A DNA stretch of 64,000 nucleotides from Ramazzottius varieornatus (lineage: Eukaryota > Animalia > Tardigrada): positions 1,919,826 to 1,983,825 of the forward strand of contig BDGG01000002.1 of assembly GCA_001949185.1 (NCBI GenBank). The letters are read 5' to 3'. Below the pieces are notes generated by a model that did no database searches, was not told the origin of the DNA, and saw only the letters and a list, made by a program, of their open reading frames with translations. Each line of letters begins with the position of its first letter. Position 1 is the first letter of the stretch. Below, one piece after another: positions 50,740-63,381 of the stretch. Both the position numbers and the translations under genes were made by a program.

Positions 50740-52030
50740 CATATGAAAAATGCCGTTCCGAATGAGGTTCGAACACCAGGTCTTCTGTCCAAAAGGTAGG
50801 ATTTGCGCACTGATAACAAGGTTTCCCTGTTGTACCGGTTCTTGGCAGGTCGTAGGTGACAGTTCCCTGATTTTGGATATTAGGCTGAGTAAATCACCCG
50901 TCCACCGCTGCATCGCTGTGCACGATCTCATTTCTGAATAATAGTTCCCTCTGGATTTTTCCCATCTGTTTTGCTTTTGTTCCCCGAACATCTTACACCT
51001 GTAAAAGTTTCGCTCCTTGCTTGCTCTTGACGATCCCCGTAGGTTTCCTTCCATCAGCATCTCCAACGTTTGATTGGTTAGTCGGCGGACGTGACGAAGG
51101 TCGAATGGAACAAGCGCAGCTGCAACACAGTGCGTCTTGTCGACGTCGTAGCGAATAAGCATCACAAAGGCTGGTTTTGCACCATCGTCTGCCTGACGCA
51201 CTCGCGTCGCTCATTCATCGTCTACTGATCGAGACTGGAGAAAGCCTTAGACAGGTATTTGACGTTGTGCTGGTGCCAAGACCTAACGTTTGATGCTGTG
51301 TATTGTATGACTTGTCACCTGTTCAGTATTCCTCCAGAACAAGATGGATTCTTCCTTCGCAGCTCTTGGATTCCCATCTCTTCGGACATTGTTGCTTGAA
51401 CCATTCCATTCCCCATGACCTTGCATCGTTCCTAACCTGGAGGTCTACATTGACGATCGATTTCCCCAGACGAAATTCTTCTCGTTACATTTCTTCGTAA
51501 CAAGCTTACGCACGGTAAGGATGATTTCTTCCGATATTTAGTCCTCCTGTTCATGCCATGCAGCCTCACCATATTGTCTGTTCGACTAGGGCCAAGCGAA
51601 TATCGGGGGTCGAGCGTTGAAATTACAGATCGTAGCGTTTGCATGTGGGCGTTTCTGGTAGTTTTTTTGAAGGTGAACTTGATATACAGTGGTTAAAGCC
51701 CAATCATCACACTGCTTTATTTTTATTGTTTATTGTTTATTGATCAGCAAGTAGACAGATCCATAAGGACTCTAGCAGTCTAGTCGCATGAAAGTCCACT
51801 TAATCCTTTGTAAGTAAACCTAAAGCAACGAGAAAAATGGTACGTGTGCGGGATTTCCCAGATCACCTCGGAAGAGACGGATCCAAGTTCATGAGTCGGG
51901 TAACAAACATTCTTTTGGCGATTGCCGTGTCAGAGTTAGTGTCGATGTCGGTCCATCTGCCGTTATCTCGGTGGGCCTCTGAACATCTTTTCTTTGGTAC
52001 AAGATCCAGTGATCCTTGTCTCTTTTTCGG
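50740..52030 (-). pseudogene. Possible highly degenerate pogo-like transposase remnant
   Basis: Stop-interrupted segment RLGKSIVNVDLQ...SWGMEWFKQQ loosely resembles a CENP-B-type HTH; no clear DDE motif or TIR. Confidence 0.25.
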
Positions 52031-52367
52031 ATCTTGAAGACTCACTGTGCGTTCAGCTGCTTTAACTTCTCGACGGCCCACTGTGCGAGAGTTCGCATTA
52101 ATTCCTTTGAGGGTCCGCATTAATTCCTTTGCGGGGAATAAATCGATTTTTCGAGGGGAAGGCCGGCTCTCCTTGATGAAAGAAAGGGTCATGGGGGCGA
52201 CTATTTTTCAGCTTTGACTCTATCGTGGGAGAGGCACGTTAAGTTAGGTCACCACAGGTCTTCGTAGGTTTGGGGAAATTCCCTGGTCTCGTTTTGTTCG
52301 CGAGCGGAAGTGTCCCATCCTTGTTTTTCTTCCTTGTAGGTTGCTGTATCGTCGCACTTGTAATAGT

Positions 52368-53915
52368 ATGGTCTATCCTAAACTGCGCTCGATGACGGAC
52401 CGACCACCCAGCCCCGACGGAAGCTGGGATTCCCAAACCAAGTTGCGCAAACGCCAATGGGTCATTAGCGAATTGTATGCTCATGCTTCATCTTAATTTC
52501 TTGTTCTCGAACGATTTCTCTATTATTACGGATCCTGAGGAAATTATTAACCATTCGGTGCGATGTCTGTTTCAGGGAGCAGATCTTCGCTCAATATGGC
52601 AATCCACTACCAAAGGACAGCGCGGCTGTCGAGGCTCGCCTCTTTGAAGCCAGCAGAACCCAGGTATGTAGCTACCATCCTGCTCCTCCACAATTTTCGA
52701 CGAGAATATTTGGGTTCTGTGACGAGAACCAGTATGATTGGGAATCTCGGCAGACAAACTTGAACAGATTGTTTTCCCAAGTGGCGCAAACTCTTCATGT
52801 TAAATACGGTGAGCGTGCGCCACCTGGAGGAAAGATCTTGTTTTTCCTAGGCTAGTTATCGAAAGCGTTGAACGTATCTGATATTCTATCATTTCTTGTT
52901 TTCAGGTTGAGTATCTGGCGCTGGCTCGACGCCTCATCTATACCACTTCAGAAATGGCTAGTAAGTTCAAGCAACGCGCTTGACGTTTAAAGCAAATTAT
53001 TGTTAGTGGACCAGTGGTCTTTGTATGTACTTTTTTTCTAGAAAACGAACAAATGGACGGCGACGCTGCAGATTTGAGCCTCAAGCCCAGTACGTCCCAG
53101 AAACCAAAGCTCCCAATCGTCGAAGATGAAGATTCACTCAACGCCGCAAATTCCCTATTGGACATGTCCAACCAAGAGGAAGAGCAGCCTTCGTCCTTCT
53201 CGTCACACCAGCCGTCGGCCGTGTTCAGCAAGACAAAAGATGCACCCAGTCCATTCGTGGTGCCCGCGCGACCTCCAGTCATTGTCGCGCCGCAGACTAC
53301 ATCCGCTTCTTCAGATCGCCGTAGAATAGACAATGGCTTGATCCGGCTGCCTAACCTCAAGCGACAGACGGAGAATAACACCGAACAGGTGGCCATCAAG
53401 CGACGGAAGACGAGTGCAGGGCACGATATGCTGGAAGTGGTGACGCAGATGGACTATGACGAGAACTTGGAAGGCGAAGTTGCCAGGACCGAGCTGCCGG
53501 TGAACGAGACGTATGAAGCCACCGTCACTGTCCTAATCCCAAAGTAAGAAAAACTCTGAAATGCATTTCTCCCTTAAGCAAACTGAATAAAATGAAATGA
53601 AGGAGCTCGCCGAACAAACTCGCCACGAAGTTCTTCCCAAGTAGCGCATGTCGTCCGTTTGTGCCCGAAGGTGTGCGCCACCTGGAACGAAAACGTACAA
53701 GATTCTGTTCTCAAGCGACGCACGCTTTCAGCCAGAATAAAGGAAATGTGCGCCACTTCGGAAACTGAACTCGTAAATCAAACTGAATGGATCTCTATGG
53801 ATGTTTCGTATGTCATTTATCTTCTGGAGACATTATGTAATGTGATCTTGTTGTTTTTAGGGGATATAGAATCGGGCGGATGAACGTGATGCTGAGAAAG
53901 GATGCGGAAGAATGA
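52368..53915 (+). CDS. Small (268 aa) protein with an N-terminal MED15-type KIX domain; exons 52368-52474, 52576-52663, 52906-52960, 53042-53543, 53861-53915
   Basis: Spliced sequence SWDSQTKLRKRQWVISELEQIFAQYGNPLPKDSAAVEARLFEASRTQVEYLALARRLIY fits the MED15 KIX pattern (W.S..FRQ.VIS.I...E..VF..A.T..EYL.L.ARLI); five GT-AG exons sum to 807 nt in frame. Confidence 0.75.
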
Positions 53916-54337
53916 TCTCTGGCCTGACGTTTCAGTATTACTGTACATGTTTAATCATCGGCACTTGGAAGCTTCTCTTGGATTATTGGATTGTTCGATT
54001 CTCGTTTCCAACAGTTTTCGGGTATCGCTTTCATGCATACTATTTGGAAATTTATTTCGCGTGTTACAGATTTGTATAATATTACCTAGCAGCGACGAGT
54101 ATTATTTGTGGTTCATGGTGAACGAATACGGTATAGAGATCTGAAACTGACGATGAATTTTAGACTTTGTACAGATACTGTACAGATCTCTTGACGCTTC
54201 ATTAACCTGTTCCCATTTCCGTTCATGATACATCGCAGTAAAGTTTACATTAGCATTTTGTAACCAGCAGTCAGAACCGCGATTTTCAACGGTGAATGGC
54301 CCAGCGGCGCATGCTCTCGGCCAATAACAACGAGGAC

Positions 54338-54872
54338 GGTATAGTACTAATCTACCTGTGGTTGAATGTCGCCCCCCTGATATGACCATTCGATAGATCT
54401 CGACGAGATCTATCGAACTGCATCAGCCGTTTTTGCAACAGTGACATCCCCTGGTAAAGGCTGATGACCGCAACGTTAATTAAGTGTTCTAAGTAATATT
54501 GCGATTGATTGATGGTTGTTTGGGATTGGTGGGGGGGGAGGTGGGAGGTTTGGAGGGTTTTGGCGCTTTGTGGCGTTGGGGGTTGGAGGAGGTGGGGGCT
54601 TGGGGGTTAGCGGTCTCTCGCAGTGGTCATGGTGGCGGTTGGGGGTTAACGAGCGGCTAGGTGGGGGTAGCGTGCGGGCAGGCCTAGCACGCGTAAGAAC
54701 AGAGCTGGAGGCGAGCAAAGCGAGCTACAGCTACGTTCTTACACTTTATTACCCCTGGACTAAAGGTCCCCGTTGCAAAAACGGCTGATGCAGTTCGGTA
54801 GATCTCGTCGAATTCTATCGATCCCTACACTTAGGGAGGCGACATTCTCCCCGATGGGGGTCATATTTTACC
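54338..54872. mobile_element. Merlin-like MITE with ~100-bp imperfect TIRs and a G-rich core
   Basis: Ends GGTA...TACC; exact 8-bp TSD ACGAGGAC (54330-54337, 54873-54880); inner ~50-bp IR at 54390-54439 / 54772-54821. Confidence 0.85.
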
Positions 54873-54947
54873 ACGAGGACGAACGCCACTTGGAGGGTTA
54901 AGTTTATATAAAGACTAATTAGTTTGGGCAGTACGCTTCGTCGGGTG

Positions 54948-55075
54948 CGAGGAGCAAGGTCTTAAACTTTGCTCACTATACGTCACGAGCTATGCGCAGG
55001 CTTTAAGGCTTTCTGACGTGCGCGTGACGTAATGAGCAAAGTTGTACACTGACCAAAGTAAAACCTCACTCCTCG
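54948..55075. mobile_element. Miniature mariner-like palindromic element
   Basis: CGAGGAG..AGGT.TTA termini (right end followed by TA) and an internal IR AACTTTGCTCA..TACGTCACG.GC. Confidence 0.45.
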
Positions 55076-57664
55076 TACATTGCGAGTACTGACTTAGTTG
55101 CGCTATTTGTCTGGTTCGCACCAGCGGCTACAAGCGTGCCGAGAGATAAATTACCGTAATCGAACAACGTCTTCATGTCACAGATTTTCTGAAGTAAATT
55201 ATCCACGAGCCACTGAAGACGTTTCGTGGTTCTTCCCCCGGAACTCCACCTACGCTGAGCTTCCCGGACGAACGGTTATTGTTCTCTGAGTGTCCATTGA
55301 CAGGTACGAATGTCGTTGAGGGACGATGAGACGTCGAAATGAGGTTTAATGATGTCTTTTCACTGGCCGAACCGGTTAGTTCCGCTCACACAATATCCGA
55401 GATGGATTCTGCCGGTAGCGCAGCGTAACGTCGGCACATGTTCCACACCAAGGTACGAGAAGGAAGTTTGGGCCAGACGACTCCGAAACAGCGGAAAGAA
55501 GTTCGTTCGTACGTACGTAGGTGCGTAATTCACACCCCTTCACTTTTCGGCAGTTTTTCCGATTGGCCCACATTTTTTACTGGCCCAAGCTTCCTATTCG
55601 TGCTTGTACGTATTTGGTGCGAAGGTATCACTTGCGACTTTTGGAAACCTTCAACTTGAAAAATTTGTCGTTTTGAGCTCCCTCGTCGAACCGTCCTGAA
55701 ACTTTTTTCCTGTCACTTGACAGACTTTCCTCTATCTACTAATGGTCAAGCGTCTCATGTTTTGTAGTTCGCTACTTCCTAGTTAGTTTTGTTGGGGCTA
55801 CGGAGAAGGGAATTTTGCGTGAATTGGAATCTCAATCTTTCTGGTTTACCATGCTTCGCACACAAAAGAAGATAGCGGTCTTGTATGTAGAACTAAACTG
55901 GCTAGCAGAAAATACGCGGGTGGTTGAAGAGACTGTTTTCTTTCTGGAAACGTTTTACTCAAAAGATGTCCCTTACGAGGACGGAAATTGAAAGTGAACA
56001 GCAACGTGCCGAAGGAGCTGGCCCAATTCGATCCTTCCCAAATTATTGTAAAAACTCGTACGAGACTTTGGGGTTTTATGACTAAACTAGCAGTGGGCAC
56101 TTACAAAAACAGGACAAGACAAAAAGATCACGGAAGTGAGTACCCCGATTCCTTTGCGCACCTCTGAAAAAATGGGGAGCTTTGACTTTCTTTTCTTTCA
56201 ATATTGCGAATAGAAACGTGCCGACCTCGGACTGCAGCACCATCGCTGATAAGAGATAGAATCTACCGAATTTTTCTGATCAAGAATCCGTCTGCTGAGA
56301 GAGACCGGAAGCACTACCGAAAATTTCGAATCAGCACCGACATCAAAGAAGTCTATGGTGACTTTCTGGTGGCCACCTTGCGATCCTGACTGCAATGGAT
56401 TTCTACTACGCAGCAAAGCGATAGCGGCAGACCGAACCTCTAAAAAAGGAAGAGTTGATGGAAAAGCTTGCCGTGCAACAGTCGAAATCATTTACTGGAG
56501 CGAAGCCATTACTGTTGCAAGACAGCTCCAGAGTGCGGGCTGCATGAAACACTCTCGGAAAACTGTCAGAGGCAGAACTGGTTACTTCCTTTCGCACTTG
56601 TTGTAGTCGAGACCGAGCACTAACAGATCATCAACATCTCCGAAAATTAGAGCATCTCCATCTTCTCCGAAGCGGCTGTAAAGAAACGGCTTGAAAGAGG
56701 TTATTTTTTCTCTTCCGTCATGCTCCTGCAGTATCGGTATGAATCCACTGCCAAAAAAGTGACGAAAGTATCTCCCTAATATGGGGGCATAAGTGGTTCA
56801 AAAAGTCTGAGATCTGAAGTCAGGAAAAGTTTGTGATAACTTCCGTCCGAAAGGTTGCAAGTCATACTTTCACTCCTGATAGATACGAAAGGCCTGGTTC
56901 TGCCCTGCTGAGGTGCTCTACTGAGGATTTTCGCCGCATGCCATTCTTTACTGACGTGAACCGGGTATCGCGAAGACTGGGACCCTTCGTTCGGGTCCCG
57001 ACGTCCTTATTCAGAATGGCAGCTCGCCAAGGTGATCCAGCGTCGGCCCAGCGATCTTTTGAGCGTTAGATGGACATTCGAGAGCGAATTTGACGTTTGA
57101 GCAACAACCAAGCATTGGAAAATTATTTAAAAACTGGAACAAATAATTCCCGCGAACCAACGCTCAAAAGTGATTTTCTGACGCTCTTGCAGCTCTTCAA
57201 AATCACTTTTGTTTGGTGGACGTCAACTGCTCTTTCCTGAACTTTCGGGCGCAGTGGGTGCTAAAATATTCCGATTTGCTGATTTACATTTCTGGCAGAA
57301 GCTGGCAATGATCCACCACTGATCTTTATCAGAGCAGCAGATTCGGTATGTACACAACTGGAGTGTTATGCATATCGACATGATTCTCCCACTGACGGAA
57401 GACTCAGTTCCGCATTCATGACGTTTTCCTATATCTTGCTACTATATTTTCGGTGTAATATCACGTCAGTGAAAAAGGTACTTCTGACGCCGTACTCTCT
57501 GGCCTCTTTCAATTAGACCCGGATATCCTGCTCGTTGCTTTTTACCTTGGTGGTAGATCGTCTTCTGGGCAAATTCCGATTGTGCCAGTGCGTCTTTCCT
57601 GCTTGCCTGCTCTTGCAGAGTTTTAGCACTTCCGTGATATTTCCGGCTTCTCTTTTCTTGCAGG

Positions 57665-59162
57665 ATGACATTGGAACGAATGATCCAGGTGGCTCAAGAC
57701 TGGGTCTTCACTCCTCTTCAGGCAGCCTTCAACAAGTTCAAGATGGGGAAGCGTACCATCCCGGAAACCGGCTTTACTACCGATCCGGAAGGGAAGCGAG
57801 CCCGCCTCGATGGGGCTGCTGCCAAGAATATGGAATCCAGCCCATCCACTAGTGACATCGATCAAGACTCTGGTCGCTCTTTCATGAATGCGTCGACGCT
57901 AGAAGGTAGAGTAGACTAAATTTTTGTGCAGCACAGAATGTGCCACTGTGGTGTTGACGTTTTGTTTTCTGCTTGCAGAGAATTGGGAGATCGCGGAACA
58001 TTCTCAGGAACTGCTTCAGCCTGCTGGTTCTAGCTCGGGCAGTCGAGAGGACGCAGGCCAATCGACCGACTACGACGAAACAGGCGAGTTATTATGACTT
58101 CCGGGTTATGTTCGATTAATCAAGCCTTCTTAGCCTGGTTTCAGATACCTGTGGGCAACTGAAGTCTTTTGTTATCCTTCTAGCCTCGGTGAAATCGGTG
58201 GGCACTACTTGCCGGGTGGTGATGGCCGGTTCAGCAGAGGTGCTAGCCACTTGCAAAGTTTTTCCCATAGGCGAGGAAGCTTGGATGGCCAGAACGCCGG
58301 GCCGGAAGCGAGACTGATGTGACGGTCTATGTTGGAGAACTCGGACGACGACAGCAGCTATTCTCGTAAGTTTCGTTCCAATTGCGAATTTTTTTTTTCA
58401 AAATCGAAATTTTTTTCAACAGTCCAAGAATTTCTCTGGCAGTTGAATTCAGCATAAAGCAAAAATATGCAAAAGCTAGCACAAAGCATACAACAAACTT
58501 CACCACCTGTTTCTGAATATCTAAAACAAAAAAGACCTCTTCTAAGCCCCGAGCATGAGGAAAAGTGCCCGAATTGAAACAAATATGAAAATTTAGTCTT
58601 CATTTTACAGCAACCCACCATTGCTGATGCCTGTTCCCACTGCTGGTGACTTCATTGGACCGATCGCGGTTCCTCCACTGGCTCCTGGGGTGGCTTTGGA
58701 GATGGTCGATCTGGAGTTCGTGAGCGAGAACGAAAACTTCCAGCTGCTGATCCCCACTATTCGTGCCGGGACACTGAACCGTCTTCACTCTTCAGGCTTT
58801 TGCGCCGGAAGGACGAAACAACTTGGACATGTGGAACCTGAACATATCCGGAGCGAATTTGATTCTCATTTCTACTTCCATGTTATTCATCGGTGTTTTG
58901 TTCTTGATATGAATCTGTTCTTTCAGCTGTGAATGAAGTGTTGTCCGGATTGGTCGCCTTCATTCACTTTATGAAAGATGAGTTTGAGATGGTCGGAGCT
59001 GTCCAGATCACATGGACTTTGTCTACCAGGGCATCGTTTTGTGGGAGCAATGGACGGATATGGTTCCAGACATCGCTGACCAAGCCAACGCGGTTCACTT
59101 GGGACAGGTTGACGTCGGTCCGGCTGCAAAAGATCTGGCTGACGCTATTCTGGAGAATTTAG
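57665..59162 (+). pseudogene. Unknown spliced gene or pseudogene
   Basis: Co-oriented exon-like blocks with GT/GC-AG borders (57664-57905, 57978-58084, 58183-58365, 58611-, 58927-59162); an apparent frame break near 58300; no recognised domain. Confidence 0.3.
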
Positions 59163-60110
59163 TCTAAGCCGTGTTCCGAATTCTGAGTTAACTTTTAGCC
59201 CGGAAGCTTCGCTTTTTTCCGATCTCGATAATTCCTTAGATCTAACTTACCTAGTGATTTTTGGTACCACTCTGCTTTGGATTTTTAGTTCTCACTTGTC
59301 TTCCATCTAACTTTCTTCTCGATGGCAGGGCGTTTGCTCGGCTTTTGCCCAATATTTTTCCTATGGCGTTTATATTTCTCTTGCCTCCACTGATTTCTCT
59401 TAGTTATTAATTTGACAAAAAACTCTTGTCACGAATTTCCTTTTAAACGATGTGTGGGTTCTGAGAGATCGTGGTCAATCTTTGTGGAATAGACATGTGT
59501 AGTCGGCGAACAAACTTGTCCAGATCGTTTCGAGCAGTAAGCGTCGGAAGAGCTTTCTAGAGCAGGAGCCATTGTGGTCCTTGAAAAATCCAACCCTTTA
59601 AGCGTTGAGTTAGCCGGCAGCTTGCATGCAAAACGCCGTACCTTACCAGCTAATTTTGAGCGATGCGTGAGTAATTTTGAGCAATTTGAGCGGAGAACTT
59701 TAGAGCGTTTCCTCAGCTTCGGACTCGGGGACCCGGAGGACGGGGAGCATGTCGAGGATGAAAGCGCTGATCTGGCTGCCGACGCAACACTGCTGCCAGC
59801 GATACTGGATTCTGCAAAAACCGTCAGCAACCATAAGTGCAGCAGTCCTCAACAACCAATTTGCGTACTTTTCAGTGGTTCGTCGAAGAGCGCCTGCTGG
59901 GTCGCCGCAAACTCCTGACTTTCTGAGCCAATGCAAGCTGATCCTGTGATGTCTTATCTTTTCCTTCGCTTTGTTGCGGGAAAATAACCTTCGACTATGA
60001 AAGGAATTTCAGACGGTAGCGAAACGATCACGGGCTTTCACCAACAGAGCAACAGCCGAGCACGCCGGTCATAATACATATCAAAAAGCGAAGAACCTAT
60101 GTATGCCCCG

Positions 60111-63100
60111 CTACGGATCTCTGTCGGTCTCAGACTGGGAGCGCCGATATGCCAACCATGTCCGTGTAGGTGTTCGGCTACGAGGGAGAGGTTATTGAGT
60201 TAGCCATAACGACCTGCGGTTGTTGAGTTAGCCACCGCTGGGGTATGTGGTGGCGCACAGTCAGGGCAATAGCCAAAAAACGCGGTAGAATCAATACCGC
60301 TCCTTTAAACTGCCGTACGAGGCGCATACCGCTGTTATAAAGGCTGATAATTTCGAGAGCCGAATGAACATTTTCTTGACCGGAATGCCCATCGCAGAAC
60401 TGAAACTCGCACATCATCGTCGTATAAGAGCACTTCGTTTGACACCAAATATTATCCACAGAACACTCAGGTAAGCTACTAGATAAAACAGCGGAACCTG
60501 CATGAATATTCTAGCTAGTAGCTTTAGTCGTTTTCTGTTTCTTTACGGCACGTGTGCTTTTGAGTAGAGCGCTGTTTAAGACTTCACTTGGGTTCGGGTC
60601 TGGTTCCTTGTCCGACGCTTTTCGCTTCACCGAACGGGCTTTCTACCCGGAGCGTTTTTCGGAGGTTTGGGAATAGCAGCTGCAGCGTGTCGAATTCTTG
60701 GCTTGCTTTCGCCCTTCGAATGGCTGCTAGAGAGGCGGTTCTTGCTCTAGCTGCTGCTCAATTCTTTTCCAGATGGGACTGGAAATTTTCCTCGTTGGTT
60801 AAACTTCCAGCGTCGAGGTTCAGATGCTCGTTCTTCTCGCGACGGACTTTCTTGGGCGCAGCAGCAAACAGCGAAGCTTACAGCGAAAATGCTAGAACAG
60901 CACCTGAAGTTACACCTCGCTGTTTGAGCCTGACGAATTTTGATGTCGTCTTGATCATTTTGGCCGGCGATGTCAAATTCAGCCATCAAAACGTCAGCCA
61001 AACGGTCAAAGCTGGAACGATAGTCTTTCGGAGCGGAGTCCGCTGTCTCATCGAGAGGGGTAGGACAATGTCGAGTCTTCACAGTCGCACGACTAACCTC
61101 AAGAGTGAAAGGAAAGAGTCCCGATTTCTGGAATCCAGAGGTAAAATTCCGCCCAGGGTTGAATAAGTGCTGCGGCGAGCACACTTCAGTGTGAAACCAC
61201 AGTTTGACGAGATGAGAGAGCAGATTATCCTTGGTGACCTAAATTTTACAGAACGGAACATTAGTTAGGTGGATTCCACAGAAATTTAAAGGACCAAAGT
61301 TTGACCAGTCCTTCAATAACAACACCACGATGCCTCAAATAATCTCCCCATGCTCTTTTAACTTGCCCAAAGACGGAGATATCAAGAGGCTGCAGATGAT
61401 TGATTTGGCCAGCAGGTAAGGCAAAGACGTACACGATCTTTCCGGTTTCCGCCTCGAACTCCTTGATGTATTTCATCAGAGTGAAGTTGTTGATATGGGA
61501 GAAGTGTTCATCAACGAAAATCACATTCTAAAATTATAATAAGCATGACGTCATACGTCAAAAGTAATGCATTCGAGCAAGCCCAACAGACGACTGCATA
61601 ATGATGTACTGCGCAACTCATGTATTATTAGGTTTCTTACCTTCATTTTGGTCATTGCCCGAAATACGACCATCTTGATATAGCTTGCGAAATGCATTTG
61701 GTCCATAGTGCCGGACTCACACCCTGGTAGCAGTGTCCACCTGTGTCATCCAGACGAGATCGAACGTGACGTTTTCTGGAGAACAGCGCCATAAAAGGAA
61801 GCTGGATTCCAGCCGCGTTGCCACAAGGTAGGATAGTCACCAATTCTTTCTCTGTTCCGTCGTACTGGGAGTAAATTTGCCTCATTCCTTTCCGTCCAAC
61901 GACTCTGTCCAACATTTGACCCGGGTTGAACGCAGATTCGTCCAAGTTCCAAACTCGATCTGGCTCGTCGAGGAATCCTCCGTTATGAAGCTCCGTCAAT
62001 TTAGCGATGTACCTGTCCGCCAGCTCGTGCGTCCACTCTCGTTCCTTCTTTCGGTTATTGGCATGGGTTATTCGTAATGATAGTTGTGGATGGCGCTTGA
62101 GGAATCTTCGAAAGTGCTGATCGTTGAACGCTGTGTGGACGAGGCCTGGAAAAACAAAGGAAATCCATAAGAGCTGACCAAAATTCGAATATTACATTAA
62201 AATTGGGATAAATCAGCTTACCAAGTCGACTGTTCATCTCAATGATTGCTGCGGCACAGTCTTGTCGGTTAGGGGGGATCCCAGTATCTTTACAGCTCAA
62301 CAGTAAGTCTTTCGGGGCATTTTCTTCGTGGGGAGGAATTTTATGCTGTTTGACTTCTGGTGTGTCGACCATTCAACCGATTGTCCAGCGTCTGCCGGTC
62401 TACTCCGTGCGCCTCCGCAGTTTCCCGCATCCCCCATCTCATTTCTCTCACTGCATGAACCGCTGCTTGCATCGTTAACTGCGCATGGACCTCTAGTGCA
62501 GTCTTCAACCAGAGACGCCATGTTTATTCCGACAGAGTTGATAACAAAACTGCGGTACGAAATGTGGCCTCGCAGTGAAAAGAATAACTTTCATTGTCAT
62601 TGAAAACCGCGTCGCCAGCGCCTCTATTGGCCTCAGATTCAGTTCTGGTCCAGGCTCTCTAACATGGGGTTTGACAGTTTGCCGAACTGCGGATCTTGTG
62701 CATGCATTGAAAACCTAAGCCCATCGCAAGAAGTACCATTCGACAGCCCGTCATTTTCTCTGGTGAATCATCCAAACATGTGTTAGAATATGTCAGATAG
62801 AACGGGCGAAAACAGGTGGCTAACTCAATAACCTCTCCCTCGTACAGTTGCCGCCTACGGGCGACATGGACCGAAATGTAAGTACGCCGACACGATTTCC
62901 TCAACGAATCTCTTCGACGTGCTCTGGGGTCCTGTCAAGCCCACGCTGTCCTGGAACCTAACGGCGTGCCTCGTGACGACAGCAAGAAGCGCCCAGATGG
63001 TATGACATTGGCACCGTGGAGCGAAGGTAAGGCTTTAGTGTGGGATGTGACCTGTGCGGACACCCCGTGCGAGACCTACGTGGATGGATCACCGCAGAAC

Positions 63101-63381
63101 GCCGGCTAACAGGGCAGACGAACGCAAGAGTACGAAGTACCAAAGACTGCGAGGTACTTATTTTGTCTGTCCTGTCGGGTTTTAGATGTCTGGGACGCTT
63201 GGACCTGCAGCTTACAGCCTTCAGAAAGACATCGGAAGAAGGATGGCTGAACATACCGGGCCAGAGATCTTTTGAATTTTTACGTCGGCGAGTGAGCATT
63301 GATATTCAATGTGGTAATGCTGCGTCTGTTTTGGGAAATTTTCCCTCTTCCCGCGCACGTGGGCTCGAGGAAGTCTTTTGA
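60111..63381 (+). mobile_element. 5'-truncated CRE-clade non-LTR retrotransposon fragment (CCHC knuckle + restriction-like endonuclease), split by a pogo element
   Basis: Rejoined frame LRISVGLRLGAPICQPCPCRCSA|TVAAYGRHGPKC, then RHDFLNESLRRAL, KRPDGMTLAPWSEGKALVWDVTC and FLRRRVSIDIQCGNAASVLG; frameshifted. Confidence 0.82.
60181..62842 (-). mobile_element. pogo/Fot-like DNA transposon with a degenerate, intron-containing transposase
   Basis: Perfect 26-bp TIRs CGAGGGAGAGGTTATTGAGTTAGCCA; TA TSD (60179-60180, 62843-62844); motifs FLKRHPQLSLR, VWNLDES, IFVDEHFSH, LQPLDISVFG (42 aa between D2 and D3); stops and frameshifts. Confidence 0.92.

Noticed and set aside
54476-54788. Pro-rich and Gly-rich ORFs
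   Set aside because: Translations of the G-rich MITE core.
55580-57300. Repeat-like AT-tract region
   Set aside because: Only faint resemblance to other intronic repeats; no boundaries or coding motifs could be supported by eye.
59429-59949. Overlapping ORFs on both strands
   Set aside because: No recognisable domain, stops in flanking frames, and no consistent splice model.
60155-62870. Inverted repeat formed by the flanks of the pogo insertion
   Set aside because: Short, imperfect, and explained by CRE coding sequence.
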